A DNA stretch of 63,445 bases, filler included, from Folioceros fuciformis (taxonomy: Eukaryota), in assembly GCA_049999805.1 (NCBI GenBank). It is 4 parts of 4 records of this genome, joined end to end, with 100 filler letters (N's around TTAATTAATTAA, not from the genome) between each part and the next. Parts side by side here need not be neighbours in the genome. Positions count along the whole stretch, not along the records: positions 1 to 28,656 come from JBNGIO010005476.1; 3 more parts are not named here. One strand, written 5' to 3'. This document shows, piece by piece, positions 1 through 12,409 of this stretch. Below the pieces are notes generated by a model. That model saw only the letters and a list, made by a program, of their open reading frames with translations. It had not been told where the DNA came from and did not search any database. Each line of letters opens with the position of its first letter. The stretch's first letter is position 1. The translations under genes were made by a program, and so were the position numbers.

Positions 1-782
1 ACGCTCTTTGTCCCATTTTCTGATACGGAGGCCTGCTTATATTGCTCTTCTCTCTGCCTTTCTTTCTTACTTTTATTTCATCTCCGGCTTTCATCTCGAG
101 TCTCTCGGTTATAGTATGTACTGGAAGGAGTTTCCCATTTCCGCACGAGTGGCATAAATAAAGTTATTCCATTTGCAGGCCACCCCACGCATACAGCCAG
201 AAAACCTTACTTTTCTCTTTACGACGAAGTCGAGGGAAATGCGAACATGGAAGGGTTCCATCTCCCCCACTCGCCGCAGGTGGGCACAACTTGATGAAAA
301 TAGCAGAGCTGCGGGGACCGGGGTTGGCGTTCCTGCGGAACCTGCATGATAGGCGCAAAATCTGTTGGCAGGGAGGGCTGCGGGGCAGCAACGAGGGTCC
401 CGTGACCAGGTCCTGTCGACAACAAGTTCCGTTGGACACTTTTTTCCTCTGCCGTCCGGAGAAGGAGAGAGATGGGACATCGGAAGTAGCGGAGCCAGTG
501 GGCCTTCCCGGCTGGCAACAGCTCCAGTTCCAGATTTCCAGCTCCAACTCCAGCTTCAGCCCCCTGTACAGTCGACAGCACAGTTGCAGCCCCGGTGGCT
601 GCAGTGGCAGCGGCAGGCCCGCTCCGAACCCGCCAATCTTGACAGCTTGTCCCCGGCAAAGGAGGGCGCACATTTCATGACCAGGGACGCGATGCGATCG
701 GCTCTCCACTGCTGGACTGCGATATTCGGAACCGGACATTGGCCCGGGATCAGATCTCCTGGGCCCTGATTGGCTGACATGC

Positions 783-835
783 ACCCATACCCATACCCAT
801 ATACCCATACCCATACCCATTCCCATTCCCATTCC
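783..835. repeat. (CCCATA/CCCATT)n microsatellite
   Basis: Hexamer run read directly. Confidence 0.9.
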
Positions 836-890
836 CTTCAACCCCACCGCACATGTGCCACTTCCAACTACGGCACCTGTCAAGAGCGTT

Positions 891-1199
891 CAGGACTCCT
901 CCCTGCCATGGTTCAAGCTGGGCTGTCCTGCTGCGTCTCGATGAAGGAAAGGCAGGACTCCTCCCTACCATGGTTCAAGCTGGGCTGTCCTTCTGCGTCT
1001 CGATGAAGAAAAGGCAGGACTCCTCCCTACCATGGTTCAAGCTGGGCTGTACTGCTGCGTCTCGATGAGGGAAAGGCAGGACTCCTCCCTACCATGGTTC
1101 AAGCTGGGCTGTCCTGCTGCGTCTCGTGAAGGAAAAGCAGGACTCCTCCCTACCATGGTTCAAGCTGGGCTGTCCTGGCGCGTCTCGATGAAGGAAAGG
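891..1199. repeat. 62-bp tandem repeat, 5 copies
   Basis: Unit CAGGACTCCTCCCTACCATGGTTCAAGCTGGGCTGTCCTGCTGCGTCTCGATGAAGGAAAGG starts at 891, 953, 1015, 1077 and 1138. Confidence 0.95.
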
Positions 1200-1835
1200 A
1201 ACTATCACCTCTTCTTCCCGGTAGATATTACGTGGTGTACCTACTCCAAGAAAATCACAGCACAGGAAAACATGGGAGGACGTTTCTGTGCATCTGGGAG
1301 AAGCCGGCGCATCCGAAAATGATGTTTCACATGTAGAGAGAGGGGAAACTGTAATGAGCACCTACCTGCGCCAGGTGTCGGCTCGTGTTTGCGCCCGCTC
1401 TGTTTGCCGGCTTCCTGCCGTATAGCTCCAGATGCCGCTGGCTCTAAGCAGGGTCGCGGCGCCAAGCACGGCCTCTGCCTTCACAGATTGATGAAAAGCC
1501 CACGTGACCATGTGCGACCATGCCGTACACGCCAAGACGGTTGTCCTCTACCAAAAGTGTATGTACATGTGGGGCTGCATGTGGCGTGTACGGGGGTACA
1601 TACGACGACCAAGTAACTCCTTGTGGAAGGCCTGTCTCCAATCTGCTGCTTTACGCGTGAGTGCGCGTGCTTGCGAGCCGGCGTGCGTGCGAGCATGCCG
1701 GCTCGCACGCACGCTGTCCATCGGTGGATGTCATGAAGCTAAAGGAGTGACGGGTGATACACCACGGCAGCGCTTGATGAAGATCACGGCTCGCAAAACA
1801 AAGATTGGTGCATGTTTCGGGACACGTATCATAGA

Positions 1836-3484
1836 TCAGTGGTGATACTTTTCTCCTCGAAGGATAGTCCATGCTCTGAGGCCATCAATTACACAGGCAA
1901 GGTAAAAACTGAAGCAGCGAACAAGGCAAAGGGAAAAGGAAACACGACAAGGGGAAAGGAGCCATAAAGGAGAAGGGAAAAGGAAAGCAAAGGGGAGCTG
2001 CTTGCCTGTAGATCTGCTCCACCAACACGATTCGAGCTACCTGGTGGTTAAGCACCATGGAAGAGAGCTTCAACACCAGGTTGGCTCGCGCGTGCATCTG
2101 AGGCCCGTGACCGTATGGCCCGCCTATACAGAACACTATGGACGACGCGCCCTGTAGAACCGTAGCAAAAGACTCTGGAATGAGACTGAGAATTTGGGAA
2201 AGCACAAAGATCGCAAGGCGATTAGGGTAAAGCACAACTATTGCAAGGAGATTAGGGTAAGGCATAAAGATTGCAAGGAGGTTAGCGTAAAGCATAAAGA
2301 TTGCAAGGAGATTAGGGGAAGGCACAAAGATTGCAAGGAGATTAGGGTCAGGCACAAAGACTGCGAGGAGATTAGGGTTAAGCTCAAAGCTTGCGAGGAG
2401 ATCAGGGCTAAGCTCAAAGCTTGCGAGGAGATCAGGGTAAAGCTCAAAGCTTGTGAGGAGATCATGGTAAAGCTCAAAGCTTGCGAGGAGATCAGGGTAA
2501 AGCTCAAAGCTTGCGAGGAGATCAGGGTAAACTCAAAGCTTGCGAGGAAATCAGGGTAAAGCTCAAAGCTTGCGAGGAGATCAGGGTAAAGCTCAAAGCT
2601 TGCGTGGGGGGTTAGGCACCGCAAAGACTGCAAGGAAAATTGGGGCAGACACGGAAACGGAAAGAAAAAGACTGACCCTGTCACCCGCATCTGCAATAGA
2701 TGTAGCAAGCTGCTCGGATGTCATGTCCTTCCCCCTCTCATCTAGCACCACAAGCTGGAGCAAGCCAGATCCGTGAACCAATGCACCTAGATGGCGGAAC
2801 GGTAGACAGGATCCCTTCCCTGAATGGCTCACATACCCAGTCTTTATTGGAGACAGCTCGCAGAACCTGCTCACCTTCAGAGCTGATCTGCGTCTCTATG
2901 TCACTGCACATCTTCCCGCCACGCCAACGGAATTAAGCACAATAGAATTCCAACATTACTACAGCCAGCCGATATGCTGTGCATGTGCAAACCTTGCCTT
3001 GTATTCTTAGGGTTAGACCGGATCTGAACCTCCTCGAAGCTACAGTAGCGCCGGATTTTCTCTCCAAAATCCAGCACCACATTCTCCACCGCAGAGTCCC
3101 GGTGCCTCCCCACGGTGATCAGCCGGATCGGGAGCGCTCTCTGCAGCCAGGGCAACATCACATCGATAAATCGCTGTGCGGTATTACTCAAACGCCCGCA
3201 TCCTCCAAATGTCCAGAATTACACACCCCGACTCACAGCTGCTCGAGCAAAGCTTCTCCGGACCTCACTTTCCTTCGTCTTGCCATCCTTTGCCGCTGGC
3301 TCCACACACCTCGGAAATCAGCACCCGGTCATCCATCCAGTTTCCGCTCCTCCTTCACAAACCAGCTCCAGCCATGTCGCGAACAAAGCTTCGGGTGTAA
3401 CGTACCTACAACAACCAATCCCCCACGCCTGCACAGCCCTGTCCTCCCAGGCCCGAGAAAATGCACCTCCGCCAAGACAGCCAT
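1836..3484 (-). CDS. RlmH-like SPOUT rRNA methyltransferase (At5g10620-like) with a likely organellar transit peptide; about 7 exons
   Basis: Spliced peptides RALPIRLITVG, RSNPKN, LVVLDERGKDMTSEQLA, FCIGGPYGHG, LSSMVLNHQVARIVLVEQIYR and AWTILRGEKYHH* (stop 1836-1838). The probable ATG at 3484 (MAVLAEVHFLG) is phase-consistent with the downstream exons. Confidence 0.92.
2193..2635. repeat. 30-bp minisatellite (about 14 copies) inside RlmH intron 2152-2676
   Basis: Units of type GATTAGGGTAAAGCACAAAGATTGCAAGGA and GATCAGGGTAAAGCTCAAAGCTTGCGAGGA. Confidence 0.95.
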
Positions 3485-3830
3485 CGATCCTCTCGCTCCT
3501 ACCTGCGAATTCCAAAACGTCTCCTGTTTGTGCCATCCGAACGCAGTCTGCACCTTCGGAATAAAATAAGTTACAATTATTGTGGTTACGTGAACCAGAA
3601 GCAGGATTTGGACCTAGGTTTCAGGCGTCGAGTGTCCACCAGCTTCCACAAAGCCACTGTGATGCGATTATCTTCATGTTCACCAGCACAGCTAACACAG
3701 TGCGTCGTACGATAATTCTTTTGAGTTAGAATGTGATTAGAATTGCATAGGGCTTAATATCACCCGGGTTAGGGCTTTTGGGACTGAAGCCCGACCGAAT
3801 GTCAGTTGCGGATCATCATCGTCGGGAGTC

Positions 3831-4124
3831 ATGCAGAATTTTCTGATCGGTGCGTTTGGTCCGCTGTGCACCATCTCGATCGACTTTGCGGACGGGGAGA
3901 CGCGCAAGCAGGTATCACTTCTGCTTCTGTGCCGGTATTCCAGCTGGTATCTGCTTTCTGCTGTATATTTCAGAGACTGATCTGCAAGCTGCCCTGTAAT
4001 GCAGGCCAGCATCAAGAAGGAAAATGGCCAAACTTCGTTGGTCCCGCTGTTTCAGGGCCAAGAGAGCGTGGTTGGAGAGGTAGGCTGCATACGTACACTG
4101 GAGTGGCGAGAAGAAGAGCAGGCT

Positions 4125-4155
<31 letters not shown>

Positions 4156-5783
4156 CTCGGGTCCAACATACCCTGATCTGGGTTCCTCTTTTTTGCCTTA
4201 CGTAGGTCCGAATTGATCCTCATCCTGGGAAGAAATTCGAGCACATGGGGGTGAAAATTGAGCTCCTGGGACAGATTGGTCGGTTTTGTTGTCCTGGACG
4301 TCATTTTCTCCTTGCTTTCTGAGTGGACACTGTTTGTAAATCTGATTTGTCTTTGGAATGTTTTGTAGAGCTGTATTTTGATCGAGGAAGTTTCTATGAT
4401 TTCACCTCCCTTGGTGAGATCTCATCAGAGAATTATCAATTTATCGCTGCTTGTGTTGTGAGTGAATCTGCACAACTAGCGGGTGTGAGAGTGAAGTTGT
4501 TCGATGGTTGTGCAGCACAGTGCTGGTTTCTGATAAGCAGGTGTCTGGCCTTGTGTAGTCCGGGAGCTTGATGTGCCAGGGGAAATTGCGGAAAGGAAGA
4601 TCTATCCTTTTGAGTTCTCCACAGTGGAGATGCAATACGAGTCATACAATGGTCAGAACGTGAGGCTCAGGTAGACTACGAAAATATTGTGTGGTCACAT
4701 CGGTCGTGCATATTAGGCATGCCCCAGGAGTGTCTGCCTCTATTGCTTGTTGCCACTTTTGAAGAGTGTCGAGCTCTGGCTCATGGATCAAGCTTGAGTC
4801 TGCTGCTAGAGCTGGTGGCCGGGCATGTCTCAGCCCCTTCGGTCACTCTTGTATCTAGTTATACTGGCACAGACTTATGGAGGAACTTGCAGGTATATCC
4901 TGAAGGTAACCATCAGTCGGAGCTATGCCTCAAACATTGTAGAATATAAGGACTTCTGGGTATGTTCAAATGCGACACTCAATTTCCGTATACTTACCCG
5001 CCTTGTTCCTGTGGTCGTATGCATTATAATTTTGCATTTACCTTGTCACTTTCAGGTTAGAAATTTCTCGCCCCCTCCTGAGATCAACAACAGCATCAAG
5101 GTCAGATGTTCAGCATTTAGTGACACGATTCTTCGTGCTGCTCAGTTTGCTGGAGCACTATGTATCTCAGATGATGGTTGCAGATGGAGGTCGGCATTGA
5201 GGATTGCTTGCATATTGAGTTTGAGTACAGCAAGAGCAAGTAAGACTGATTTCGACTTGAATACTAGTTGCACTATCTGTTGAGTCGAATGCCTGATTTT
5301 CAACACGATTATCTCTTCCACCAAATGTGCAGATATCATCTCAAAGATGTGATTGTTGGCAAGATCTACTTTTTACTGGTCCGGATAAAGATAAAGCACA
5401 TGGAGCTTGAGATTCGACGCCGTGAGTCCACAGGATCCGGGCCCAATACATACAATGAGAGTGAGACGCTAGCAAAGTATGAGATAATGGATGGCGCACC
5501 AGTGCGTGGTAACCACCCTGTGCTCAAGCTCTCTTCACTGTCTCCCCTCCTGGTAAGCAGACTTGCTGGTCCTGACTCTCAGTGTCATTTGTATCCTTGG
5601 CCAATGTTTACAGGCGAGTCCATACCGATCAGATTATTCTTGAGCCCGTACGACCTGACGCCTACATATCGTAACATCAACAACAAGTTCAGTGTGAAGT
5701 ATTACCTGAATTTGGTCCTTGTCGATGAGGAAGACAGGCGTTACTTCAAGCAGCAGGAAATCACGTTATACCGATGTGAATAG
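3831..5783 (+). CDS. VPS26: Retromer subunit VPS26, multi-exon
   Basis: MQNFLIGAFGP...RKQ, GKKFEHMGVKIELLGQIE, YESYNGQNVRLR, MEVGIEDCLHIEFEY, YEIMDGAPVRGESIPIRLFL and LNLVLVDEEDRRYFKQQEITLYR, across GT-AG introns. Confidence 0.96.
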
Positions 5784-6881
5784 ATTTCCGTGGGCAGCCT
5801 CGTGAATGCTCGTAAATCTTCAACTCCTAGGTGAGCTTTTTGTTGTTCAGATGGTCGCGGGGAGGGTGGTCCAAATTGTCTCGCTATCAGGCTCCGCGGC
5901 AAAACTCTAGGTTGTGTGGCGAGTTGAGTAACCATGACGGGGGTTAAGACCAACTAATATTTAGAGTGATGGGTAGGTCGGCTAGTAGAACTATTCACTC
6001 ACTGAAATTGGAATCAATTTCTGATATTGTATTCTATCTGTTTGTCAAGTCTGGTAAGGTGTCAGAGGCTTTCATGTCAAAAATCTTCATCTTCGTTTAT
6101 GAAGCGCGAAGGACACGGATGTCAAGTCCACACCCTTGGTTCAAACATGAAGGCACGTTCCACCAGAGCTCCATCTGCTTTGAACGCATCCAACTCTGTC
6201 CATTCAGAAGGTGACTTGCTCAAGAATCCACCCCACGTCGTTGAGACGAGATCACGAATTCCTGCAACTACGAACACAGCGCGCTATAAGCTGACGATCT
6301 AGACTGGTGCACTGACTGTTCTTTCGTCTGCGAGCGCTTTGGGATTTTCGATCTGTTTCACACACGACCAGTGCATACAACCCACTTGTGGATCCAATCC
6401 GAGAAAACACGAAGTGTTCGGGATGGCTGCCCATGAATTTGGGAAGATGGGTCTCAGCCAGAAAATGTGGGTGAACATGTGTGTATATTTTGGTTCAAAC
6501 CAATTTTCCGTTCTATGCAAGTGTACAAGTCTGATCTCGAGGAGCCCTGAGAAGCTGGAGGCCAGGCTCCTTCAGGCTACATATGTTGCGTTTCACCTAC
6601 CCGATGGCTTTGATCTGAAGTGTACAAAGGAGTAGTTCAGGAACTGGCACCCACTGATGTCGTCAACAATACCCAGATTGGGTGTTTGGAGATCTACTTC
6701 TTGTTGCAGTCACAGACACTGCTCCCAAAGGTATTCTGATCGAGGGTGATTTATAAGATCTCGATATGGCAGAATTCTAGAGATGGAAGGATTCCAGAGA
6801 TGGTAGGATCTCGGCATTGTGATTTGAAGGTCTATAGATGAGATAATGAGAGTGGTTTTCCAGGGCAGAGCTGAAAAAACG

Positions 6882-8158
6882 ATGGCCGGAAGAGCGTCTG
6901 TTCCAACTGCGCAGACCAGCTCGTCCAGTAGTGATGTCGAGACGCAGCAAGAAGCTGATGGCGTCAGCGAGTTTACTGTTACGAGGAAGGAGGTCTTGGG
7001 AGTGTGTTTATTGGTTACGGCGTTTGGCCTCGTACTGGGTGCCTTGTATTTTACCATGCCATCGCTGGACTACAGCGTATTGAAGATTCCACGCAGCATT
7101 CCAGAGCTTCAAACTATGAAGTAAGCGACAGAGGAATTGTGTGCACGATGAGTGGTGAAGGAAAGCGATGTTGATGTTGAGCTGGTGATGCCCTAGAGTT
7201 GTCTAGACTAGACTGTTGTGCGTATTGATGCAGGTCATGAACACTACATGGTCCGCGCATGCAGAACCAACTTGGCTTGTGTTTGATGGGGTGGACGTTT
7301 GACCAATCTGTAGGGAGTACCTGAGTTCTTACGCTCAAGATTACCCCGTCCAGATGGTGCTCGGATACACGGCCATATACGTATTGATGCAAACTTTCAT
7401 GATTCCTGGAACCATATGTTTGTCACTCCTCGGCGGAGCTCTGTTTGGGTTCGTTCCAGCCCTTTTCATGGTAGTTGGCGCAGCCACTGCTGGTGCATCG
7501 GCTTGCTACTTTTTGTCCTTGCAGATCGGCGGGCCGATTGTGTATCGGCTATGGCCTGATAGATTGACGTATCTTCGAAACGAGGTATTTTCTCAATCCC
7601 TCAACCCGGATTTCATGTTGGAGGATGTTCTGGAGAGCTTGATCAGTACTAGATCTACCATGTTTCTGGGTTTAAGGGTTCTCATGTGACTCACAACTCC
7701 ACATGTCGTCCTCTCCAGGTAAGAAAACGGAAGAGTAAGCTTCTTAATTACATGCTGTTTCTGAGACTCACCCCAACTCTCCCAAACACTTTCGTCAACT
7801 TCTCTTCGCCCATCGTGGGCATTCCGTTTCCAACCTTCCTCTTGGCAACAATGATTGGTCTTATTCCCGGGTCCATTGTCAGCGTGAGGGTAAGAAGACA
7901 CTCCTGATCTCGTAATTCGTGCTTTGGCTGCTCCTTCTACAGCTGCCCCGTGGAAACAGCTATGTAAACCTCTGATCACACTTGGTGAATTGGCAGGCTG
8001 GGCTTACTCTTGGCGAGCTGGCGTCCTTCAACGATCTGTGTAAACCGACGACACTGTTTACCTTCTTGCTCATCGGATTGCTGGCCATTATCCGTACTTT
8101 CCTCTCAGGAAAGGACGACACGCAGACGGAACCCGATGTTAAGAACCGGATCTCCTGA
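6882..8158 (+). CDS. TMEM41/VTT (SNARE-associated Golgi protein family) membrane protein; 4 exons
   Basis: N-terminal TM segment, LKIPRSIPEL, MQTFMIPGT, GASACYFLS, YMLFLRLTPTLPNTFVNFSSPIV and AGLTLGEL; stop TGA at 8156-8158. Confidence 0.9.
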
Positions 8159-8672
8159 AACTTGATTTGAGGAGGGGCCCCTGTTGAACGGAGGTTGCGC
8201 CGCTCTGGTTGCTGACGGGAGGCGATCGACCTACTTGAATACGTCGTACTTTCCGTTGTGTACTGGAGCAACTGGAGTTGTTCCTCGTGTTGGAACTGTG
8301 CATTTTGTATTTTGTAAAGATTCTGTGGGAATCCCCCAAATTCGGCTCTTCCTCCTGATAATCCTTTTAGCACTGGTTTTTTTATTGGGTGTCATGAACT
8401 ACCAGGATTTTCCACGTTTCCTGTTAAAGGACCGATGAACTGGCTAGAAGGTGCTGTCAAGCCTCCTTTGGTAGATGTTTCCACGCAGAGTGTGTCAAAG
8501 TTGCTCCTTTGCGGGCTATGGTGCCCTGGTATGGTGTTGAGAGATCGTTTCTGTGTTGTGATGAGGGCTAACAGCCTCGTGCCTGTGATTGTGAGTCTTG
8601 GGTTTCTGTGAGGTGGGACGTGGGTGTCAGAACAGCTGGATTTGCATTTGCTTCAGGCCGTTGCTATCCGGA

Positions 8673-10729
8673 ATGGAGAAAGTGGGTGCACTCTTGCGAT
8701 GGTGGGCGATAGTGCTGGTGCTGGTGCACGCGGAACTGGCAACATGTTTAAGGNNNNNNNNNNNNNNNNNNNNNNNNNNNNNNNNNNNNNNNNNNNNNNN
8801 NNNNNNNNNNNNNNNNNNNNNNNNNNNNNNNNNNNNNNNNNNNNNNNNNNNNNTGGGAGCAGGGGGTGGGGGTTGAACGAGGGCAGAGGCGGGACTGCTA
8901 GGGCTTTGTCGGATGCGTCTTGTCCTTTGGATTTCAGTGTGCTGGATGGGTACCCAAGACCCATGCAGGACTGTCTGGGAACCTTGGAGCTCAACAGCAC
9001 ATCCACGTGCTGCGAGTCGCTCTTGTCCAGGTTCGGGCTGGTGACTTCTTTGTATTTGAGGACCTCTGGTAACTTCGAGGTGCCTGGCGGAGAAAATGCC
9101 CAGGCGTGTGTGGAAGGCTTTGATTCCAAGCTTCAAAGTCAAGGACTGTTTCCGAACATTGTTCCACAATGTTTCCCTACCGCAGCTCCTTTCACACAGG
9201 ATCCCAGCTTGTGTCACGGGATTTTGAGGACAAGTGACTTCGAGGCGAGAGTGGATACTTCCGCGTTGAAGAAAAGCTGCAATGGGGATTTGTTGGACCT
9301 GGCAAACTGCAGACATTGCACTTCGGACATGGGTGATGTTGTGTTGCAGCTGAATGCTACTTCGGCTAACAGATGTCTTCCTTTTGTCGTAATCTATTCA
9401 GCGGGTGTGGCTAATGGGAAGGGCCCATCTGACCTCGGGGCTGCCGAGTGTATCCTGGGGGTGACGGTCGCGTTGAGCACGGAGAAAAGTAGGCATATTG
9501 CCTTGGATATCAGTGTTGGTGCAGGAGTCATAGTGGCTTTCAGCGTTGCCGTGGCATTTGCTGTCTATTACTGGTGGTGGAGGCGTAGACGAGCCATTCA
9601 CCGGAACTTCCTCGACAGAAACTGCAGGATGCTGAGACCCAACATGGGTTTGGTGTGGTTCAGCTTTGATGATATCAAGGCAGTCACCAAAAACTTTTCT
9701 GACAAGCATCTCATCGGGGAGGGGGGATTTGGGAAGGTTTACAAAGGCTACATGTATGATCTTGGAATGGAGGTTGCAGTGAAGAGATTCAAGAACTGCT
9801 CTCCAGAGACGGATGCAGACTTCCGGAGTGAGGTGGAGAGGATCAACAGTGTGCGTCACCGCAACCTGGTGGTTTTGAAAGGGTGCTGCATTGACAGCAC
9901 CCCCGCAGATGGCCACCAGCGCCTGCTCATCTACGAGTACATGGCCAACGGCAGTTTATATGACTATCTCTTTAACGGCACCAAGCCTGTCCTCACTTGG
10001 CAGGCAAGAAAGAAGATTGCCTTTGGTATGGCCAAGGGACTTGCCTATTTGCACGATGATATGCAGCCCGCCATCATCCACAGAGACATCAAGTCCAGCA
10101 ACATCCTCTTGGATGTATCACTTGAAGCCTACGTGGCAGACTTCGGTCTGGCGAAAACCATAACAGAGCTGGCAACTGCAACTGGCAAGGAAGGCAGTGT
10201 AGCAGGCACGTACGGGTATGTTGCCCCTGAGTACGCTCTGTACGGGAGGATCACTGAAAAGGGAGATGTGTACAGCTTTGGAGTTGTTCTTCTGGAGCTG
10301 ATAAGTGGACGCAAAGCACTGGACACTGGGTCCGACTCACCTGAGATGATGCTGATTGTGGACTGGGCCTGGGCACTTCTCAAGGCCGGCAGACTCGAAG
10401 ACATAGTGGACGCCAGGATCCAAGCCTCCACCCACGAGGACGAGATGGAAAGATTCATCAGAACCAGCATCCTCTGTGCACATCCTCTGGTAGCCTTTAG
10501 ACCCAGAATGCAGGACGTCCTCAGACTACTGGAAGGAGATATGGCTATTCCAGAGATGCCAGACCGTCCACTGCCTCTGCTCACTCCCAAGTCAAATCAC
10601 GACAGCCCTCGAGCATACGTCTTCGGAAGCAGGGGCACCCTGGAACTGGCATCTCCACCAGGCATCCCCAGCTGTGACTCAGTCTGCACAAAGGAATATC
10701 TCAGTGTGGAGCTTCTTGATGGCAGGTGA
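8673..10729 (+). CDS. Receptor-like kinase with a Cys-rich SPARK-type ectodomain (RKF3/At1g11050-like); no introns in the sequenced part, spans an N gap
   Basis: Signal peptide MEKVGALLRWWAIVLVLVHA, then SCPLDF...CC...C ectodomain, a TM segment followed by WWWRRRR, and kinase motifs GEGGFG, VAVK, HRDIKSSN, DFG and GTYGYVAPEY. Confidence 0.9.
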
Positions 10730-11405
10730 GTGGGAGCCATCACCTCATTGTGTTTTATCACTTCCTCTGTACCATAGAACTACAGACCTTTAAGTGTCCG
10801 TGTTCCTCCTCGATGTTGTTCCCCTGGGGCTTACAAGGTCCCTCTGCAACCATTTGTGGGGAACGGAACTGAGTTCTTCCCACCATTGTTTTCTCTCTCT
10901 CCCTTTATCCAATTGAACAAGCCTTCTCACTGTAGTCATCTAGATTTGGTGGTCCTGGCATTTGCTCTGCCAGAAATCACGAAAATGTCTGGATTTTTCT
11001 CTCATTGGTCAGATGCACAGCTTGAGTCCTGCGGGGGCTGGCAGCTCTCTTTGCGTGTACGTATCACACGAGATGTACGTGTCGTCCACGTAACTGATGA
11101 CGTGGCAGTATTTCGATGACCCGAGTCTGGAATATGGCCAGGGTGCTAGTTCAGCTTTGCCACGTCTGACCAGAACCTTCGCCGTTTCGCCAAACAGCAT
11201 GCCTGAGACGCTTCTCAGGTCTGAGAGTGGCGGCCACGCCTGGACATGGTTGGTCGGATCACGGCGACCGTTTCCGATTCTCACTGGTACAAAACGGGAA
11301 AGGCTTCTTCCTGTCTTGCATGCACAGGACCATCCGCTGCTTTTTGTTCGTCTTCTGTGTTCGTTCCATCTTGCGTTAGCTTCGAACTTGAGAAGGATCC
11401 AGAGC

Positions 11406-12244
11406 ATGGCGGGAGTGAAGGCGACTAGGCTCATTTGGAGCCTGCTTGCTCTGGCTGTTTTGACATCTCCGCTGACCGCCGTGATGGTGAATGCAGCGTA
11501 CAATAATGAGTCAGGTTTGATACGCTACTTTCTCCGGATGGATCACATTTTCGGCTTGAGACGTTCCAGATGTGAAGTTCTTTCCTTGTGTGCAATACGG
11601 ACGCCTGATCACCGTCAGGCTGTACGATCTCGTTTCAATGACTGCAGGCGTGGTGAAGGATGCCTGGCCTGAGTATTATTTTGCGACCGACGTGACACAA
11701 GTAGAGGAAGAGATCCAGGACAGCGGCCTTGCGGATTTGGTGTTTGTCTGGGGACCGAGCCCGAGCCAGTCCCCGCCCTTCTTCCCCGGCACGGAGAATT
11801 CTGTCTGGATCTACACTGACTATGATGGTATCGTCTACCAGATTCCGAAGCGCGGGCTCTTCCACTTCAATCGTAAGCTGCTGGCATCTTGCTCCTTTGG
11901 GAAAAGTGTCCGTGAGTTGTGGCAATTGGAAAATGTTCCGGACCAGGGGTTTCTCACTGCAACTTCTGAGCCTCACCAACCTGTGTTCGGATTGTCTCTT
12001 CGAAAATCTAACGATGTGTACAATTGTTACTTATTTGCACTTTGCAGGCGTGGATCCTGGGTGGACAGAGCTGGTGGGATGGAACTACCTTGATGCTATA
12101 AAAGCCATCTTGGAGGAAGTGATTGGAGTAACGGTGGTGTATGGGCCCCAAGGATTCCCTCGCATTCAAGACTATCGCCTTGATCGCGTGTTCCTTGACC
12201 TTGATGAGGCCGGAAACGTTGCTTTAGTTCCAAGGATTGGTTAG
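11406..12244 (+). CDS. Secreted two-domain potato inhibitor I (I13)-like protein, copy A; 3 exons
   Basis: Signal-peptide exon; exon 2 KDAWPEY...IPKRG; exon 3 PGWTELVG...FPRIQDYRLDRVFLDLDEAGNVALVPRIG*, matching the CI-2/eglin WPELVG...DYR.DRV...VP.IG pattern. Confidence 0.85.
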
Positions 12245-12409
12245 AGCTTGACGCGGTGTGAAGTTGTCCCGGCGCACGCCGAGTTTCTTTAATCATGTTT
12301 ATTGTACATTATGTGAAATAATGTTATACTATCAAATTCCTCCTTTGGAAATGGAGATGTTCCGGAAACCTACCAATTCGAGGATTCGCGTCATCCAATC
12401 TCCGTCTGA

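Noticed and set aside
179-770. Possible terminal exons of a gene entering from the left edge
   Set aside because: Splice sites are plausible but no protein is recognisable, so it cannot be supported.
891-1199. 62-bp repeats (and the 63-bp, 40-bp and 25-bp arrays) as CRISPR-like arrays
   Set aside because: They are head-to-tail units with no unique spacers, in a eukaryotic context with no cas genes.
2194-2708. Repetitive ORFs (KLKACEEIRV / LTLISSQALS)
   Set aside because: They are by-products of a 30-bp minisatellite inside a well-defined intron.
5966-6840. Short ORFs between VPS26 and the TMEM41-like gene
   Set aside because: No recognisable motif; probably UTR or intergenic sequence.
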